Assembly (NCBI GenBank): GCA_045532975.1
Contig: JAZSGX010000057.1
Location: forward strand, 3,223-67,222
DNA: 64,000 nucleotides
From: Eubacteriales bacterium
GTDB taxonomy: Bacteria; Bacillota; Clostridia; Oscillospirales; CAG-272
Direction of reading: 5' to 3'
How positions within the stretch are numbered: the stretch's first letter is position 1; each line of letters opens with the position of its first letter. The notes beneath the pieces are model-generated. The model had not been told where the DNA came from. It saw only the letters and a program-made list of their open reading frames with translations, and searched no databases. A program made the position numbers and the translations under genes. Positions 26,920 to 36,587 of the stretch are shown in pieces.

Positions 26920-27882
26920 TTATTTCTTTTTTACAATGTGGATTGCAAAGCCACAAACCTCACCCTTGAGATAGCAAATTGTAAGGTTGCCCTTTGCATC
27001 GTACTTAGCGGTATCCTCGTTAAACTCAATACCCATTCTTTCAAGGTACGCTCTTGCTCTATCCGGGAAATTGGTTGCAATTGCAATGTGACCGTGTGTA
27101 CCAAGATACTTTGAGTGCATAAACTCAAACTCGGAGCCTGCGAAGGTGGAGGAATTACCAACCTTGCAGTCAAGACCGAACATAGCGCAAATAAGCTTAG
27201 CGCCTGTTTGAGCCTCAATGTCGTTTTCACAGTTAATACCAACGTGAACAAGCTTAAAGCCGAGCATCTTCATAACCGCATTTCTTGTAAGGCGTGTGAT
27301 TTCCTCAAAATTACCTGCATCAATCAAGGCGTCCTTAACCATAAAGCTACCGCCACATGCGATAATTTTGCCAAAGGACAAATAATCAAGCATATTGTCC
27401 TCATTAATACCACCTGTTGGCATAAACTGCACCTGCTGATAAGGAGCAGCCATAGACTTAATCATATTAATGCCGCCCGCTGCCTCAGCAGGGAAGAATT
27501 TAACAGCCTTAAGTCCCATTTCAATAGCCTGTTCAACCTCGGATGGTGTTGCGCAGCCGGGAAGCACAGGCACACCCTTTTCAAGGCAGTGCTTAACTAC
27601 TCTTGGGTTAAAGCCCGGGCTAACTATAAACTTGGAGCCTGCCTCAATAGCCTCATCAGCCTGCTCTGGAGTGAGAACTGTACCTGCGCCAACGAGCATA
27701 TCGGGCATTTCCTTTGTAATCTTCGCAATTGCTTCCTTGGCACAAGCGGTTCTGAATGTGATTTCAGCACAATTCAAGCCACCGTCTGCCAATGCCTTAG
27801 CAAGAGGCACTGCGTTGTTTACGTCTGTAATTTTGATAACAGGCACTAAGCCGTAATTATATAATTCCTTGATAATGTCCAT
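26920..27882 (-). CDS. eda: KDPG/KHG aldolase (Eda) fused to a ~110-aa C-terminal VOC/glyoxalase-like domain
   Basis: The N-terminal ~205 aa carry GGLNCAEITFRT, VGAGTV and KFFPAE. The extra C-terminal part is FKLVHVGINCEN...HGHIAIATNF...GFAIHIV. Confidence 0.75.
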   Translation of the reverse strand: MDIIKELYNYGLVPVIKITDVNNAVPLAKALADGGLNCAEITFRTACAKEAIAKITKEMPDMLVGAGTVLTPEQADEAIEAGSKFIVSPGFNPRVVKHCLEKGVPVLPGCATPSEVEQAIEMGLKAVKFFPAEAAGGINMIKSMAAPYQQVQFMPTGGINEDNMLDYLSFGKIIACGGSFMVKDALIDAGNFEEITRLTRNAVMKMLGFKLVHVGINCENDIEAQTGAKLICAMFGLDCKVGNSSTFAGSEFEFMHSKYLGTHGHIAIATNFPDRARAYLERMGIEFNEDTAKYDAKGNLTICYLKGEVCGFAIHIVKKK

Positions 27883-27903
27883 TTTTATGTCCTTCTTTAA
27901 AAA

Positions 27904-29295
27904 TTATTTGCAGAATGCAACAAATGCCTTGTGTGTTTCGTAAAGGTCGTTCTTTGCAATAACCTCAAGTGGTGCGTGCATTGAAAGAACAGGAACACCT
28001 AAGTCAACTGTGTTGATGTTTTGGTTAGCTATATACATAGCAACGGTTCCGCCGCCGCCAACGTCAATCTTACCAAGCTCTGCTGTTTGCCAAGTAACGT
28101 TATTTTCTTCAAAGATTTTTCTGATAAAGCCAACGTACTCTGCGCTTGCATCGTTTGTGGAGCTCTTTCCGCCGCCGCCTGTGTACTTATTCATAACAAC
28201 GCCGCAGTTAACAATAGCGCTGTTTCTCTTTTCAAACACTTCAGGATACATTGGGTCATAGCCTGCGCTAACGTCTGCGGAAAGACACATAGAGTTAGCT
28301 CTTACCACGTTAGGATTGCCGCCGAGCTGACGGGAAATTTCCTCAATCATGTCAACGATTAAACGGCACTTCATTCCGCTAACGCCCTCGGAGCCGATTT
28401 CCTCCTTATCAGCAAGAACGCACATCAAGGTGTGTGCGCTGTCCTTACACTCAACAAGAGCTGTAAGAGCAGGATAAGAGCAAACCCTGTCATCGTGACC
28501 GTAAGCACCGATAAAGGAGCGGTCAAGACCCAAATCTCTTGCCTTGCCTGCAGGAGTTGCAATAAGCTCTGCGCTTACAAAATCCTTTTCTGTAATACCG
28601 TACTTATCGTTAAGGATTTTGAGCATATTAAGCTTAACCTTTTCGTCAATATCACCGTCGATTGGCTGTGAGCCTATAAGAAGGTTCAAGCTCTCGCCTG
28701 AGTGAGCTGTGCCAAGTGGCTTTTGTGATTGCTCTCTTGCCAAGTGTGGGAGCAAGTCTGTAATACAGAAAATCGGGTCGTTTTCGTCCTCACCGATTGT
28801 GATTTCCACGTTTGTACCGTCAAGCTTTGTAACTACACCGTGAAGGGCTAATGGAATTGTAACCCATTGGTACTTTCTGATACCGCCGTAGTAGTGTGTC
28901 TTTAAGTATGCAAAGCCCTCGTTTTCAAACATTGGGTGCTGCTTTAGGTCAAGACGGGGAGAGTCAACGTGAGCCGCGCAAATTCTGATACCGTTTTCAA
29001 TATTCTCAGAGCCTGCGGTAAAGGCAAACAAGCTCTTATCTCTGTTGTTGTAGTAATACTTACCGCCCTTTTCAATCTTGCCGCCGAGTGTATATGGTAC
29101 AAAGCCGTTGGCTTCGAGCATTTTAATGCCCTCTCTTACTGCCTCGCGCTCTGTCTTTGCATTGTCAAGGAAGCTCATATATCCCTTTGAATACTTTTCA
29201 ATAGCCTTTTCATCCTTCTTTGTGCGAAGGTCAAAAACATTTTCCTTCTTGTAGCAAAGCTGCTTTTTGAGTTCTTGCAAATCTGTCTTTTTCAT
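27904..29295 (-). CDS. M18-family aminopeptidase
   Basis: Motifs AAHVDSPRLDLK, GHDDRVCSY and DKEEIGSEG. Confidence 0.85.
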   Translation of the reverse strand: MKKTDLQELKKQLCYKKENVFDLRTKKDEKAIEKYSKGYMSFLDNAKTEREAVREGIKMLEANGFVPYTLGGKIEKGGKYYYNNRDKSLFAFTAGSENIENGIRICAAHVDSPRLDLKQHPMFENEGFAYLKTHYYGGIRKYQWVTIPLALHGVVTKLDGTNVEITIGEDENDPIFCITDLLPHLAREQSQKPLGTAHSGESLNLLIGSQPIDGDIDEKVKLNMLKILNDKYGITEKDFVSAELIATPAGKARDLGLDRSFIGAYGHDDRVCSYPALTALVECKDSAHTLMCVLADKEEIGSEGVSGMKCRLIVDMIEEISRQLGGNPNVVRANSMCLSADVSAGYDPMYPEVFEKRNSAIVNCGVVMNKYTGGGGKSSTNDASAEYVGFIRKIFEENNVTWQTAELGKIDVGGGGTVAMYIANQNINTVDLGVPVLSMHAPLEVIAKNDLYETHKAFVAFCK

Positions 29296-29306
29296 AATTT
29301 ATCTCC

Positions 29307-29906
29307 TCAGTTTATTTTCAATTTTTCTAATATGGAAAGGATTTGAATTGTCAAATCCGCACCGTTCTTATTATCAATTTCAAAGGTACATCTTTCGCGC
29401 AGCTCAGTATCACTTAGCTGAGATTTCAACCGCGCCTGTGCCTTTTCCTCGGTGATGCCGTCCCTTTGCATTATCCTTGCAAGCTTTTCCTCATAAGGTG
29501 CGGTTACGCAAACGGTAACGTGGCACATTTTATCAAAGCCGCTTTCAAAAAGCACCGGAGCATCCACCAAAACCGCGGAAAACCCGTTTTCCAAATGGGA
29601 GGCAAGCAACGCCTCAGTTTCTATCTTTATGTACTTATGGGTGATGCGGTTTAGCGTATCCAAGCGCGCCCTTGCTCCCTCACCCTCAAAGACAATGGCG
29701 GCTAAGCGCTTTTTACTGACAAAGCCGTTTTCCAAAATACCATTGCCGAAGCTATCAACAAGCTCCTTTATGCAATCGCGGTTAACAAGCACCCTTTCCC
29801 TATACACAAGGTCGGTATCAATAAAGCCAACACCGTATTGGGAGAATTTTTCAGAAATGTAGCCCTTGCCCGAGCCGCTTGAACCACACAAGCCGATAAT
29901 TACCAT
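29307..29906 (-). CDS. coaE: Dephospho-CoA kinase
   Basis: P-loop GLCGSSGSGKG. I set the start at the ATG at 29906 (MVIIGL..), preceded by GGAGGA; the listed longer ORF would overlap the upstream gene. Confidence 0.85.
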   Translation of the reverse strand: MVIIGLCGSSGSGKGYISEKFSQYGVGFIDTDLVYRERVLVNRDCIKELVDSFGNGILENGFVSKKRLAAIVFEGEGARARLDTLNRITHKYIKIETEALLASHLENGFSAVLVDAPVLFESGFDKMCHVTVCVTAPYEEKLARIMQRDGITEEKAQARLKSQLSDTELRERCTFEIDNKNGADLTIQILSILEKLKIN

Positions 29907-29922
29907 AGTCAGTCCTCCGCGC

Positions 29923-31059
29923 TTATATACGCACCTCTCTACCCTCGTTAGCAGATTGATACGCGCACTCAAGCACCCTTTGAACGTATGCGCCACTGTC
30001 AAAATCAGGGCTTGGCTTTTTGTCATTAGCAACAGCATCAATAAAGCTGTAATAGCTACCGATATGACCGCGAAGCCAACCGATTGGCGCTTTGATACCC
30101 GGGAACACTCCGCCGGGGGATGGATACCTGTTCACACACTCAATTTTCGTATATCCGCAAAAGCCACCCAAGGCTCCGCCCTGTGCGGTAGCATCATAAT
30201 AGTAAAGGAAATTGGGGTCCATCAAATCGAATTTAATGCTGCCCTTTTCCCCGTGGATTTCAAACACAAGGTCGTCATTTGCGCCTGTTGTTATCTTGCT
30301 TATCTCAAAGGTGCCAACCGCACCGTTTTTCAAGGTGGCAATCATATAAAAGGCTTCATCAGCGTTTGTTTGCCAAGTATTACCGTCAACACCTGTGCGA
30401 ACAGGATATGCGATTTGGCTCTTACCTATTACACTTTCAAATTCACCGCACAAGTGGTAAATCAAATCAACCGCGTGAGAGCCCAAGTCAAACAAAACAC
30501 CGCCGCCGCAAATATCCTTATCCTGCTTCCAGCCTGCTTTTTTAACAGTGTCAAGTGCCGAGGAGTGCAAGTACTTGATTGAGAAGGACAAAATACTGCC
30601 CAAGCGATTTTCCTGCATTATTTCCTTTGCGCGCATAATCGGGGACATAAAGCGGTTGTTAAACACCATCTGACATTTAACGCCTCTTTCCCTTGCCAAC
30701 TCCGCCAGCTCCTTTGCCTGCGCGTAGGTAACCGCAAGAGGCTTTTCACAGTAAACGTGCTTGCCTGCCAATATAGCCTTTTTGGCAGTTTCATAATGAT
30801 ATATGTTAGGGGTACAAATATCTACTATATCAATGAACTCATCGTTGATAATATCGTCCTCGGTATCGGAACAGAAGGGGAAATTATAACGGTACATAGC
30901 ATTTTTTGCATTTTCGGAATTTTTGGTGCAAACGCTACGAATTTTTGCATTTAACTGCCCATCAAAAAAGTAAGGTAGATTTTGCACGCAGTAAGCGTGA
31001 GTCTTACCCATTGAGCCAAAGCCCAAAAGGCCTATTTGCAAAAAGCCATTAAACATCAA
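29923..31059 (-). CDS. Gfo/Idh/MocA-family NAD(P)-dependent oxidoreductase
   Basis: N-terminal Rossmann motif IGLLGFGSMGKTHA, plus the EKPLA motif. Confidence 0.8.
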   Translation of the reverse strand: MMFNGFLQIGLLGFGSMGKTHAYCVQNLPYFFDGQLNAKIRSVCTKNSENAKNAMYRYNFPFCSDTEDDIINDEFIDIVDICTPNIYHYETAKKAILAGKHVYCEKPLAVTYAQAKELAELARERGVKCQMVFNNRFMSPIMRAKEIMQENRLGSILSFSIKYLHSSALDTVKKAGWKQDKDICGGGVLFDLGSHAVDLIYHLCGEFESVIGKSQIAYPVRTGVDGNTWQTNADEAFYMIATLKNGAVGTFEISKITTGANDDLVFEIHGEKGSIKFDLMDPNFLYYYDATAQGGALGGFCGYTKIECVNRYPSPGGVFPGIKAPIGWLRGHIGSYYSFIDAVANDKKPSPDFDSGAYVQRVLECAYQSANEGREVRI

Positions 31060-31194
31060 ACTACCCCCTTATATCATATATTTATATTATATTATAGCAC
31101 CACATTCTCATTTTTTCAATACATATTGCAATTATTTTTTTATTTTTCACAAAAAAGAGCCCTTGCATCAAACAAGAGCTCAATTTTTTTGAAA

Positions 31195-33279
31195 TTATGC
31201 CTGTGGAGTGTTTACAACCTCTGGCAATTGGAAGTTGAAATGCGCTATTGTAAGTCCAATGTCAGCCTCTGTCAAAATGGAGTTAAAGCCGTCCAAGAAG
31301 CAAATGTACATAGCACCAAACAAGGTCTTTGCGTCGCTTGCCTTCAAGGAGCTGTCGCCCGATGTCTTATAATTGATGTAATCGTAGGAGAATATCTTGT
31401 TGTAAACGCTTGAGTCGAGAATACCGTTTACATTCTTTGCCTGTGTGGCTGTGGAAACGCTACCCTCCATAGTGTACTGTGACCAAAGATGGTCGTACAG
31501 CCTTACGTCATAGCTTTCCTTTTGTCCGTCAAGAACAAACTCAAAGGTGTACAAGGCTCTGCCACCCTCTGTCAAGGTAACGCCTGCTACAAGCTTTTTA
31601 GTTACCTCATCATATTCAAGACGTAAAATTCTACCGTTCTTTTCAGCAGTCTCCTCGCGAAGCACCTTACTTACAACGTACTTGCCGTCAACGGTTTTTT
31701 CTTCGTAATTTAACATCAAATAGTAGATGAGCGTATTCACACCGCTGACATCCAAATTTTCAAGATAAAAATCCTCTACAGTTTTGTCAAGGTTCTTTTC
31801 CATAGCGGTCAGCTTGCTTGATACAACGGCAAAATTAAGGTTTTGTCCCTTGTCGGCAACCTGGTTGTTTATGCCCACAACCTCACCGCGAGCGTTAACA
31901 AGCGGTCCACCGCTGCTGCCTGACGAAATAGGCGCGGTGAAAACAACCATATCAATACCGTTAACCACCTTGCTCGGGTTAGAAACAATACCGCTTGTAA
32001 ACACGGAATCAACGCCTAAGGGATTACCTAAAGCATACACAGGGTCGCCTGTTTCAAGCATTTCCGCAGAAATATTCAAATAAGAGTTGCCCTCGGATTC
32101 TACCTTCAAAATCACCAAATCATTGCTTGGATCAAAGGCTAATATTTTGGTAACCTCAAGCTCTACTCCGTCATAACGCTTCACCTTAATTTTATTGGCG
32201 CCCGCTATAACGTGGTAATTTGTAGCTATCTCGCCCTTATCACTTATAAAGAAGCCTGAGCCTAAATTGTGCATCCTGCCGTCCTTATCGCAGGATTCAA
32301 TTCTAACGGTAGCAGATGCTATCATACTATAAATTTGCGTTGGCAAATAGTTAGTTTCATATCTGTTTTCCTGCTCAAGACCGCAGTTTTTACAGGTATA
32401 TTTGATTATTCCCTCGTCACCGTCTTTTTCCGGCGGAATAGTTACCACCAAAAAGCTATGGTTGTTTTTGTCAAGAGAAACACCGCGACGGTTAAGACCC
32501 GTATTACAGAATCTGCAAATCTGAACCTCAACGCCCTCAGAGCTACAGGTTGGCGCCTTTTCAGTAATCCAAGCGCCTGCTACGTGCGCCTCTGTTGGCT
32601 TTAAGAAATCGGATTCTACCGTATGACCGCAAAGCTTACAGGTAAACAGCTTATGCTCACCCTTTGCACAGGTGCCTGCAACTATGGACTCGTCATAATC
32701 GTGAGAAAGCTTTTCACCAACGACAACCGTCGATTTAATCACCTCACCGCACTTAGTACATATTTTGCCCTTTACAAAATTTTCCGTGCAGCTTGCATTA
32801 GTTATGATTTGATATTCCTCGCCTGCAACGTGTCCCTCAAGCTCCTCACGAAGAGTTTGAGCCTCCTCACCGCAAACAAGGCAAATTTTAACCTTTACTT
32901 CATTTTCGGTACAGGTACCGTTAACCTTTGTCTGCCACTCTCCCGGTTGATGAGCGGGGGCTGGGTGAACCTTGGTTTCAACAACAACACCGCATACCTT
33001 ACAAAGTCTTTCCTCGACCTTACTAACAAGACACGCTTCCTCAACCTTTGTTTGCCAAGGAAGTGGGTCGTGACCCTTACGCGGTATTGCCTTCAAGGTA
33101 ACAACCTCGCCACAAATAACACAAATTTTTACATCCTTACCATCCTCTGTACAGGTAGCAGATATGGTGTGCTCGGTATAGTTGTGTATGTGGTCAAGGT
33201 CCTCGTTAGAGCAGGACACTGCCAAAAATACACATAACACAACTGCCATAAGCATAGTAATATGAATAAGTTTACGCAT
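31195..33279 (-). CDS. Lipoprotein: 7 His-Cys3 mini-modules + trypsin-like (S1C/HtrA-like) serine protease + ~190-aa C-terminal domain
   Basis: Lipobox LAVSC and an AGGAG RBS. The modules follow H..(10-12 aa)..C..(9 aa)..CxxCG. Catalytic-triad motifs are NYHVIAG, NDLVILKV and SSGSSGGPLV. Confidence 0.8.
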   Translation of the reverse strand: MRKLIHITMLMAVVLCVFLAVSCSNEDLDHIHNYTEHTISATCTEDGKDVKICVICGEVVTLKAIPRKGHDPLPWQTKVEEACLVSKVEERLCKVCGVVVETKVHPAPAHQPGEWQTKVNGTCTENEVKVKICLVCGEEAQTLREELEGHVAGEEYQIITNASCTENFVKGKICTKCGEVIKSTVVVGEKLSHDYDESIVAGTCAKGEHKLFTCKLCGHTVESDFLKPTEAHVAGAWITEKAPTCSSEGVEVQICRFCNTGLNRRGVSLDKNNHSFLVVTIPPEKDGDEGIIKYTCKNCGLEQENRYETNYLPTQIYSMIASATVRIESCDKDGRMHNLGSGFFISDKGEIATNYHVIAGANKIKVKRYDGVELEVTKILAFDPSNDLVILKVESEGNSYLNISAEMLETGDPVYALGNPLGVDSVFTSGIVSNPSKVVNGIDMVVFTAPISSGSSGGPLVNARGEVVGINNQVADKGQNLNFAVVSSKLTAMEKNLDKTVEDFYLENLDVSGVNTLIYYLMLNYEEKTVDGKYVVSKVLREETAEKNGRILRLEYDEVTKKLVAGVTLTEGGRALYTFEFVLDGQKESYDVRLYDHLWSQYTMEGSVSTATQAKNVNGILDSSVYNKIFSYDYINYKTSGDSSLKASDAKTLFGAMYICFLDGFNSILTEADIGLTIAHFNFQLPEVVNTPQA

Positions 33280-33345
33280 ATAGATACTCCTATCGGATTT
33301 ATTTACTCCATTATTTTATCATAATGCGGGAAATCTGTCAAGGGT

Positions 33346-33384
33346 CAAAAAAGCGGAGGTGTCAAAAAGCAGACACTCCCCGCC
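33346..33384 (-). terminator. Rho-independent terminator after nfnB
   Basis: On the minus strand: stem gcggggagtgtc/gacacctccgc followed by TTTTTT. Confidence 0.65.
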
Positions 33385-33389
33385 TAATT

Positions 33390-34808
33390 TTATTTATCTT
33401 GCAGATATTTGTCAATAGCTTCAGCCGCAATCTTGCCAGCTCCCATTGCCAAAATTACCGTAGCCGCACCGGTGACAGCATCTCCGCCTGCGTAAATGCC
33501 TGTCTTTGAGGTCAAGCCGTCTTCATTTACGATAATACCGCCCCATTTTTGGGTTTCAAGACCTTGAGTTGTGGACTTTATAAGCGGGTTTGGAGAGGTA
33601 CCCAAGGACATAATAACAGAGTCCACCTCCATTACAAACTCACTGTTTTCCTTAACGTGCGGTGTACGTCTGCCGCTTTCGTCAGGGTCACCAAGCTCCA
33701 TTTTTACGCATTTCATACCGCAAACGCTCATATTTTTGGGGTCGCGAGGGTTTTCAGGATTGGTATAACCAAGAATTTCCACAGGATTTGTAAGGGTTTT
33801 GAAGATTATGCCCTCCTCCTGTGCATGGTCAACCTCCTCGTGCCTTGCGGGCAATTCCTCAATGCCACGTCTATACACAATATAAACCTCTGCACCAAGC
33901 CTTTTTGCGCATCTTGCCGCATCCATAGCAACGTTACCGCCACCGACAACTGCAACCTTCTTTGCATGAAGCACAGGGGTATCACTTCCGTCCTTATACG
34001 CCTTCATTAAATTTATTCTTGTCAAAAATTCATTAGCTGACAAAACGCCCTTAAGGTTTTCACCGGGGATACCCATAAATTTTGGAAGTCCTGCTCCGGA
34101 GCCGATAAATATAGCCTCATAGCCATATTCACCCGTTAACTCGTCTATGGTTATTGTTTTGCCGATAACTACATTTGTTTGAATATCAACTCCAAGCGCC
34201 TTTAAGCCCTCAATCTCTTTCCTTACAATGGCTTTGGGGAGTCTAAACTCGGGAATACCGTAAACCAAAACTCCGCCGGGAGTATGTAGAGCTTCAAAAA
34301 TAGTCACCTCATAGCCTTTTTTTGCAAGAACCGAAGCGCAGCTAAGTCCAGAGGGTCCTGAGCCGATAACTGCCACCCTGTGTCCGTTTTTCTCAATTTT
34401 TTGTGGTTCCGCCTTTGAATTTTGATTGTGATAATCCGCTACAAAGCGCTCAAGCCTACCTATTGCCACAGCCTCGCCCTTAATACCGCGCACGCACTTG
34501 CCCTCACACTGATTTTCCTGGGGGCAAACTCTACCGCAAACAGCGGGTAAGGAGGAGGATTTGGCTATTATTTCATAAGCTTCCTCAAATTTACCCTCTG
34601 CAACCTTGGCTATAAAGTCGGGAATATATATTTTAACAGGGCAACCGCCAACACAAGGCTTGTGCCTACAATTTAAGCATCTTTTTGCCTCGTCTATGGC
34701 TTGCTCAGGAGTGTAGCCAAGAGCAACCTCGTCAAAATTCTTATTCCTCACCATTGGGTCTTGGGTAGGCATTATATTTCTTTTTACTGACATATTGGGC
34801 ATATTCAC
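33390..34808 (-). CDS. nfnB: NADPH-dependent glutamate synthase beta-chain-like oxidoreductase (NfnB-type)
   Basis: Fe-S Cys clusters (CLNCRHKPCVGGCP, CGRVCPQENQCEGKC) and two GxGxxG motifs (VAVIGSGPSG, VAVVGGGNVAMD). It is translationally coupled to nfnA through an ATGA overlap. Confidence 0.8.
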   Translation of the reverse strand: MNMPNMSVKRNIMPTQDPMVRNKNFDEVALGYTPEQAIDEAKRCLNCRHKPCVGGCPVKIYIPDFIAKVAEGKFEEAYEIIAKSSSLPAVCGRVCPQENQCEGKCVRGIKGEAVAIGRLERFVADYHNQNSKAEPQKIEKNGHRVAVIGSGPSGLSCASVLAKKGYEVTIFEALHTPGGVLVYGIPEFRLPKAIVRKEIEGLKALGVDIQTNVVIGKTITIDELTGEYGYEAIFIGSGAGLPKFMGIPGENLKGVLSANEFLTRINLMKAYKDGSDTPVLHAKKVAVVGGGNVAMDAARCAKRLGAEVYIVYRRGIEELPARHEEVDHAQEEGIIFKTLTNPVEILGYTNPENPRDPKNMSVCGMKCVKMELGDPDESGRRTPHVKENSEFVMEVDSVIMSLGTSPNPLIKSTTQGLETQKWGGIIVNEDGLTSKTGIYAGGDAVTGAATVILAMGAGKIAAEAIDKYLQDK

Positions 34809-35647
34809 TTTACCTCCTTTTTAAAGAGGTTACAGGTAGCCTCGTATTTGTGGCGCTCAAACTCACCGTACGCGTTTGACCTTGCCATTGCTTCATCAAA
34901 ATCAATCAAATGTCCGTCAAACTCAGGTCCGTCAACACAGGCAAACACAGTTTTGCCGCCAACCGTCAATCGACAGCCACCGCACATTCCCGTGCCGTCT
35001 ATCATCACCGGGTTCATAGACGCTACTGTTTTAATACCGTATTCCTTGGTAAGCTTGCAGACAAATTTCATCATAACAAGAGGACCTATGGTAATAACCT
35101 CGTCATATTCTTCGCCACTCTCAATTAGCTTTTTAAGAGCGTCTGTCACAAGACCCTTTTCCCCTGCGCTACCGTCGTCGCTTACAAGCACATATTTGCT
35201 TGAGGCTTTTTCAAACTCATCCTCTAAAATAACCAAATCTTTTGTTCGGAAACCGCAAATTGCGTGAACAACACAGCCCTGCTCATGGAGCTTTTTAGCC
35301 ACAGGGTAAGCAATAGCACAACCAACTCCGCCACCTACAACCGCAACCTTTTTAAGCCCCTCTGTATGAGTCGCCTTGCCAAGAGGACCGACAAAGTCCT
35401 GTATATATTCACCCTTTTCAAAATATGAAAGCTTTTTTGTTGTTGCGCCCACAATTTGAAAAATTATGGTAACAGTCCCCTTTTCTCTGTCATAGTCAGC
35501 AACGGTCAAGGGTATTCTCTCCCCTGCCTCGTCCGTGCGCAAAATTATAAATTGTCCGGGCTCCGCCTTTTTTGCAACCAAGGGTGCCTCAATTTCCATT
35601 AAAACAACCGTATCGTTTAAGTTTCTTTTCTCTACTATTCTGTACAT
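34805..35647 (-). CDS. nfnA: Ferredoxin-NADP+ reductase-like subunit (NfnA / sulfide dehydrogenase beta-like)
   Basis: FAD/NAD-binding fold (RIPLTVAD, VAVVGGGVGCA) and a C-terminal [2Fe-2S] motif CGGCRLTVGGKTVFACVDGP. Confidence 0.8.
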   Translation of the reverse strand: MYRIVEKRNLNDTVVLMEIEAPLVAKKAEPGQFIILRTDEAGERIPLTVADYDREKGTVTIIFQIVGATTKKLSYFEKGEYIQDFVGPLGKATHTEGLKKVAVVGGGVGCAIAYPVAKKLHEQGCVVHAICGFRTKDLVILEDEFEKASSKYVLVSDDGSAGEKGLVTDALKKLIESGEEYDEVITIGPLVMMKFVCKLTKEYGIKTVASMNPVMIDGTGMCGGCRLTVGGKTVFACVDGPEFDGHLIDFDEAMARSNAYGEFERHKYEATCNLFKKEVK

Positions 35648-35648
35648 T

Positions 35649-36479
35649 TTATTCGTTTACCTTGTATAGCTTTTTCTTTAGAATTTGGTAGAAGCTTGTA
35701 TCGCTTACCTTAATTATTTTCGCGGTATTCTCCGCCTTTTCCACCTTCAAAACGTCACCGTCGTACACATCAAAGGAGCTATCTCCGTCTATTTCCAAGC
35801 TGACAGCTTCTTTTTTCAAATGATCTCCTATGCTGATTTTGATTTGAACAGTGTCCTCTCCGCTTGTAACGATGGACGAACAAACAAAGCGCATAGGGGA
35901 TAATGGAGTGACTACCATATTATTTGACTCAGGAGTCAAAACAGGACCACCGGCGGACAAGTTGTAGGAGGTAGAGCCTGTGGGGGTTGATACGATAACG
36001 CCGTCACCCAATATTGTTTCGGTATTCATACCGTTTATGTAAACCTCGGCGCTAAACGCCTTTTTCATAGTTGAACGGAACAGGGTTGCCTCGTTTAGCG
36101 CAACAAAGGAATAAACCTCCTTGCCCTCGCGAATAACCGTGCCCTTGAGCATCAGCCTGTTTTCAAGCTTATATTCACCGTTTACCACTCTGTTTATACA
36201 CTCAATGGCAGTATCGGGGTTGCAAGCGGTCAAGTAGCCAATGTTACCGAAGTTAACGCCAAACACAGGTATATCTAATTCATAAAGCTTTTTTACTGCG
36301 CGCAAAATCGTACCGTCTCCGCCCAAAACAAGGGCGAAGTCAGCCCCCTTGCTTGGATAATCGCTCTCCGCCAAAATCTCAATTTCATAGCCAAGCTTTT
36401 CAAGCATATTTTTTGCAACGTCACAAAAGCCAACACTTTCGTTCTTCAAATAATTAGGAACAATTATAGCCTTTTTCAC
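35649..36479 (-). CDS. nadK: NAD kinase
   Basis: Motifs GGDGTILR and NFGNIGYL. Confidence 0.9.
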   Translation of the reverse strand: MKKAIIVPNYLKNESVGFCDVAKNMLEKLGYEIEILAESDYPSKGADFALVLGGDGTILRAVKKLYELDIPVFGVNFGNIGYLTACNPDTAIECINRVVNGEYKLENRLMLKGTVIREGKEVYSFVALNEATLFRSTMKKAFSAEVYINGMNTETILGDGVIVSTPTGSTSYNLSAGGPVLTPESNNMVVTPLSPMRFVCSSIVTSGEDTVQIKISIGDHLKKEAVSLEIDGDSSFDVYDGDVLKVEKAENTAKIIKVSDTSFYQILKKKLYKVNE

Positions 36480-36587
36480 TATTTTCGCCTCCTTTTTTTC
36501 ATTTGTTATAACATTTTATCACTTGTGTCAAGATTTGTCAATATAAATATACAAAGCTCCGCCCCTTTTAAGAGGCAGAGCCGAATA

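Noticed and set aside
29907-30041. N-terminal 45-codon extension of the CoaE ORF.
   Set aside because: The extension overlaps the end of the upstream Gfo/Idh/MocA gene. The P-loop begins right after the internal ATG at 29906, which has a GGAGGA RBS.
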